From Podarcis tiliguerta (Eukaryota): a DNA stretch of 64,000 nt. The first letter of the stretch is position 1. Each line of letters starts with the position of its first letter. The position numbers were made by a program, and so were the translations under genes. The DNA is taken from assembly GCA_965153285.1 (NCBI GenBank), contig OZ229110.1, one strand, 5' to 3'. This document shows positions 61,445 through 64,000 of the stretch, piece by piece. The notes below the pieces were generated by a model that did no database searches, had not been told where the DNA came from, and saw only the letters and a program-made list of their open reading frames with translations.

Positions 61445-61940
61445 TATTTATTCCACTTTATTTATTTGTGGTATTTATGTGTCGACCAATAACTAAAGTT
61501 CTCAGGGTGGCTTACAGTAAAAAAGGAAAAATACAAAAATACACGAAAGAGCCATTAAACATAATATGGGATAAAACCAGCAACACAGGGGAAATCAAAA
61601 TTCCATTGCATCATTATTAAAAAAAATGTTCATAGGTCTTCAAATACATCCAGAGGATATATATACACTAAAGTATTGTACACTTGAAAGCTAGGGAGAG
61701 GAATATGGTCTTCAGCTGGTGCTGAATGGACTACAACATAGGCTCCAGGTCAGCCTCTCTGAGGAGATTGTTCCACAAATGACCTCTCTCTCTAGTATCA
61801 TGGATGTTACCTCATTTGGTGGAGAACAACTCTGGAAGATGATGGTTAAGGGTTGAGTGGGTACATGTGGGAAGATGCAATCCTGCAAGTAACCTGGCAC
61901 CAAGCTTCTTAAAACTTTAAGGGATTACATCACCAGGACT
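61445..61940 (-). mobile_element. Old L2 LINE 3' fragment
   Basis: TTTATTTATTTG...CTCAGGGTGGCTTACA tail; GAGGAGATTGTTCCACAAA; CAAGTAACCTGGCACCAAGC (PGYL motif on the minus strand). Confidence 0.6.
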
Positions 61941-63397
61941 GTCTTGGCTACCTCAGTTGCTTGGCAGAGAATGATACTGAAGAGGTTGAAATCTGTTTCC
62001 AGTCTAATCTAACAGTATGTTGACAGATGCCCATAATAAGAGAGTAATTCAAAAAGCCTCTTCCTTGTCCAGGAACAGCTTCCACCAGCTGGTCTCCCTT
62101 ACAGCCCTGACCTCAGCCAATTACAGTGCTTGCCATTTTATTTTACATTGGGATGTTAAAACAACAGATCAAGGGCAGCATTCTCAAAATGTCCCCTCAA
62201 CAAATAAACGCCTAATCATAATTCATTTCCTGTGATTTCACCTCTCCGCTTTTAATTTTTTCATCCTTTTTGCAGGAAGTTGCAGCTGGTGGCTAAAACA
62301 TGGGTGCTGCCAAACCTACTCCATATTTGCAGAATGGGTTCGTTAAAAGCTAGCAGGAAAATGAACAGACCACTTGTGGATTTTAGCTGCTGAGCTCTGT
62401 GAAAGCAGCATGTACTCATGAATGAGAGCCACTTACTAAATTGCTTGTAGGAAACAGATCGAATGTCCAGAAGGACTGCTTGTTGTCCAGAGGTAATCCT
62501 AGAAGTCACATGCCCCACCACAAGCAGTCCATTACTAGGAGCAGAGGTATAGATGCAAGTTTGACTCAGCCGATTTCTGCAATTCTTCCATCCTTTGATG
62601 AAGTGGAAATATGATGAGTCGTGTTTATACTGTATCTGTTTGTGCTCAGGTCTCTTGTGTTTTCTTATACATGGGGACAGGTGTACATCATGCCAATAGC
62701 GTAATTCTCCAGGTGATGACATAGTAAACCTATGAATGACTAAATCTTACTTTAGCCCTAATCCTCAATCGTTTTCATTATTCATTGTCATGGATTCCAT
62801 CTACAATTATTCCGTTTATTTTTCTCTGATTTAATTGTTCTTTCTGTAGGGCTGCAGATTAACCACCTTCTTTGTCATAAATCAACAGTCAGCCAGTAGC
62901 ATTTGAAGTGAAAGATTGAACATTCTGACTTTTTAAAAAAATTAATGCTGTGCTACATGCTTTGCACATAACACACACACACACACACACTTTGTAACTG
63001 TGGGCTGGATCTAGATTTTCCATGATACTTCAACTCCCACTGATGGAAGAGACGAAGAGGCAATTTCTGCTGATTCCTCCTTTCCCTTGCAAACACCTGA
63101 AAACCTACTCTGGAGATTTTGGGTATCTGCCAGAACAGTATGGAAGTGGGGCGGGGCTGCAAGGCTAAGTGCAGATAGTGAAAATTACCTCTCCAATTTT
63201 CTCCAGCAGGAACCTCCGCTGTCTCAGAGTTGTAAGCAGTTGTGAGCAGAAGAAGTCCTTCATTTCACAGAATGAAATTCTGGAAGCAAGAATTTCATTG
63301 CCCCTTTAGACTTGGGTAGGGCTCACTTTGAGGGGGAATTGGGGACATGCATCTACATTTGCAGGAGCTTCATTTACTAGTGAGTAAGGAGGCTTCC

Positions 63398-63749
63398 GGG
63401 GACATAGGCGGTGCTGTGGGTTAAGCCAGAGAGCCTAGGACTTGCCGACCAGAAGGCCGGCAGTTCGAATCCCCATGACAGGGTGAGCTCCCGTTGCTCG
63501 GTCCCTGCTCCTGCCAACCTAGCAGTTTGAAAGCACGTCAAAGTGCAAGTAGATTAATAGGTACTGCTCTGGTGGGAAGGTAAACGGCATTTCCGTGTGC
63601 TGCTCTGAGTGCCTGAAGCGGCTTAGTCATGCTGGCCACATGACCCGGAAGCTGTACGCCGGCTTCCTCGGCCAGTAAAGTGAGATGAGTGCCACAACCC
63701 CAGAGTTGGTCACGACTGGACCTAATGGTCAGGGGTCCCTTTTTACCTT
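63398..63749 (+). mobile_element. Sauria SINE, full length
   Basis: B box GCAGTTCGAATCC; TSD TAAGGAGGCTTCC at 63385-63397 and 63750-63762. Confidence 0.95.
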
Positions 63750-64000
63750 TAAGGAGGCTTCCCCCAGTACCTCCGAGCGTCTCCCAGTAGGCACGTCTCT
63801 GGAATGGCATGTCCCTTCACTCCAGAGTGCCTTTGTGTGACACTTCTCATATGAAAAGTGCACACAAGTCTTCTGGCATCACACGACAAGAAGATAGAAA
63901 CATCTGTAGATCTAAACTACGTTTTATTCACAATATATACAGAGAATCCATAATCACGTCTGTGTTCTCCAAACTCTGGCAGAAAACAGAAAACATACAG

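Noticed and set aside
62261-62722. 153-aa minus-strand ORF
   Set aside because: No recognisable motif or exon structure; within chance expectation for 64 kb over six frames.

Overview
Vertebrate non-coding DNA from a squamate, most likely a lacertid lizard (Podarcis/Lacerta/Zootoca-like). The assignment is inferred from the repeats: Sauria/Squam1 SINEs, Squam3 SINEs, a POM-type SINE and Bov-B LINE pieces. I cannot support any host protein-coding exon; the ORFs I can recognise are transposon fragments (Bov-B RT C-terminus, L2 C-terminus, L1-clade CCHC region). The window reads as a large intron or gene desert with dozens of SINE, LINE, MITE and solo-LTR insertions, many with readable target-site duplications (TSDs), plus a few repeat-free blocks that look like enhancers. 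I found no protein-encoded novel system. The best leads are: (1) a 1.6-kb, TSD-flanked, polyadenylated, ORF-less retroelement with an L1-like 5' end (47819-49444); (2) a Bov-B insertion with a twin-priming-type 5' inversion (9050-9577) and a second, internally deleted bipartite Bov-B (21748-22184) that keeps the same 5' and 3' modules; (3) a 360-bp, about 99% identical inverted duplication bracketing 4.8 kb (8121-8480 / 13292-13651); (4) two hAT MITEs stacked in the same 8-bp target; (5) a solo LTR carrying an acidic/basic peptide frame. Family names come from recalled consensus sequences and need RepeatMasker/Dfam confirmation.
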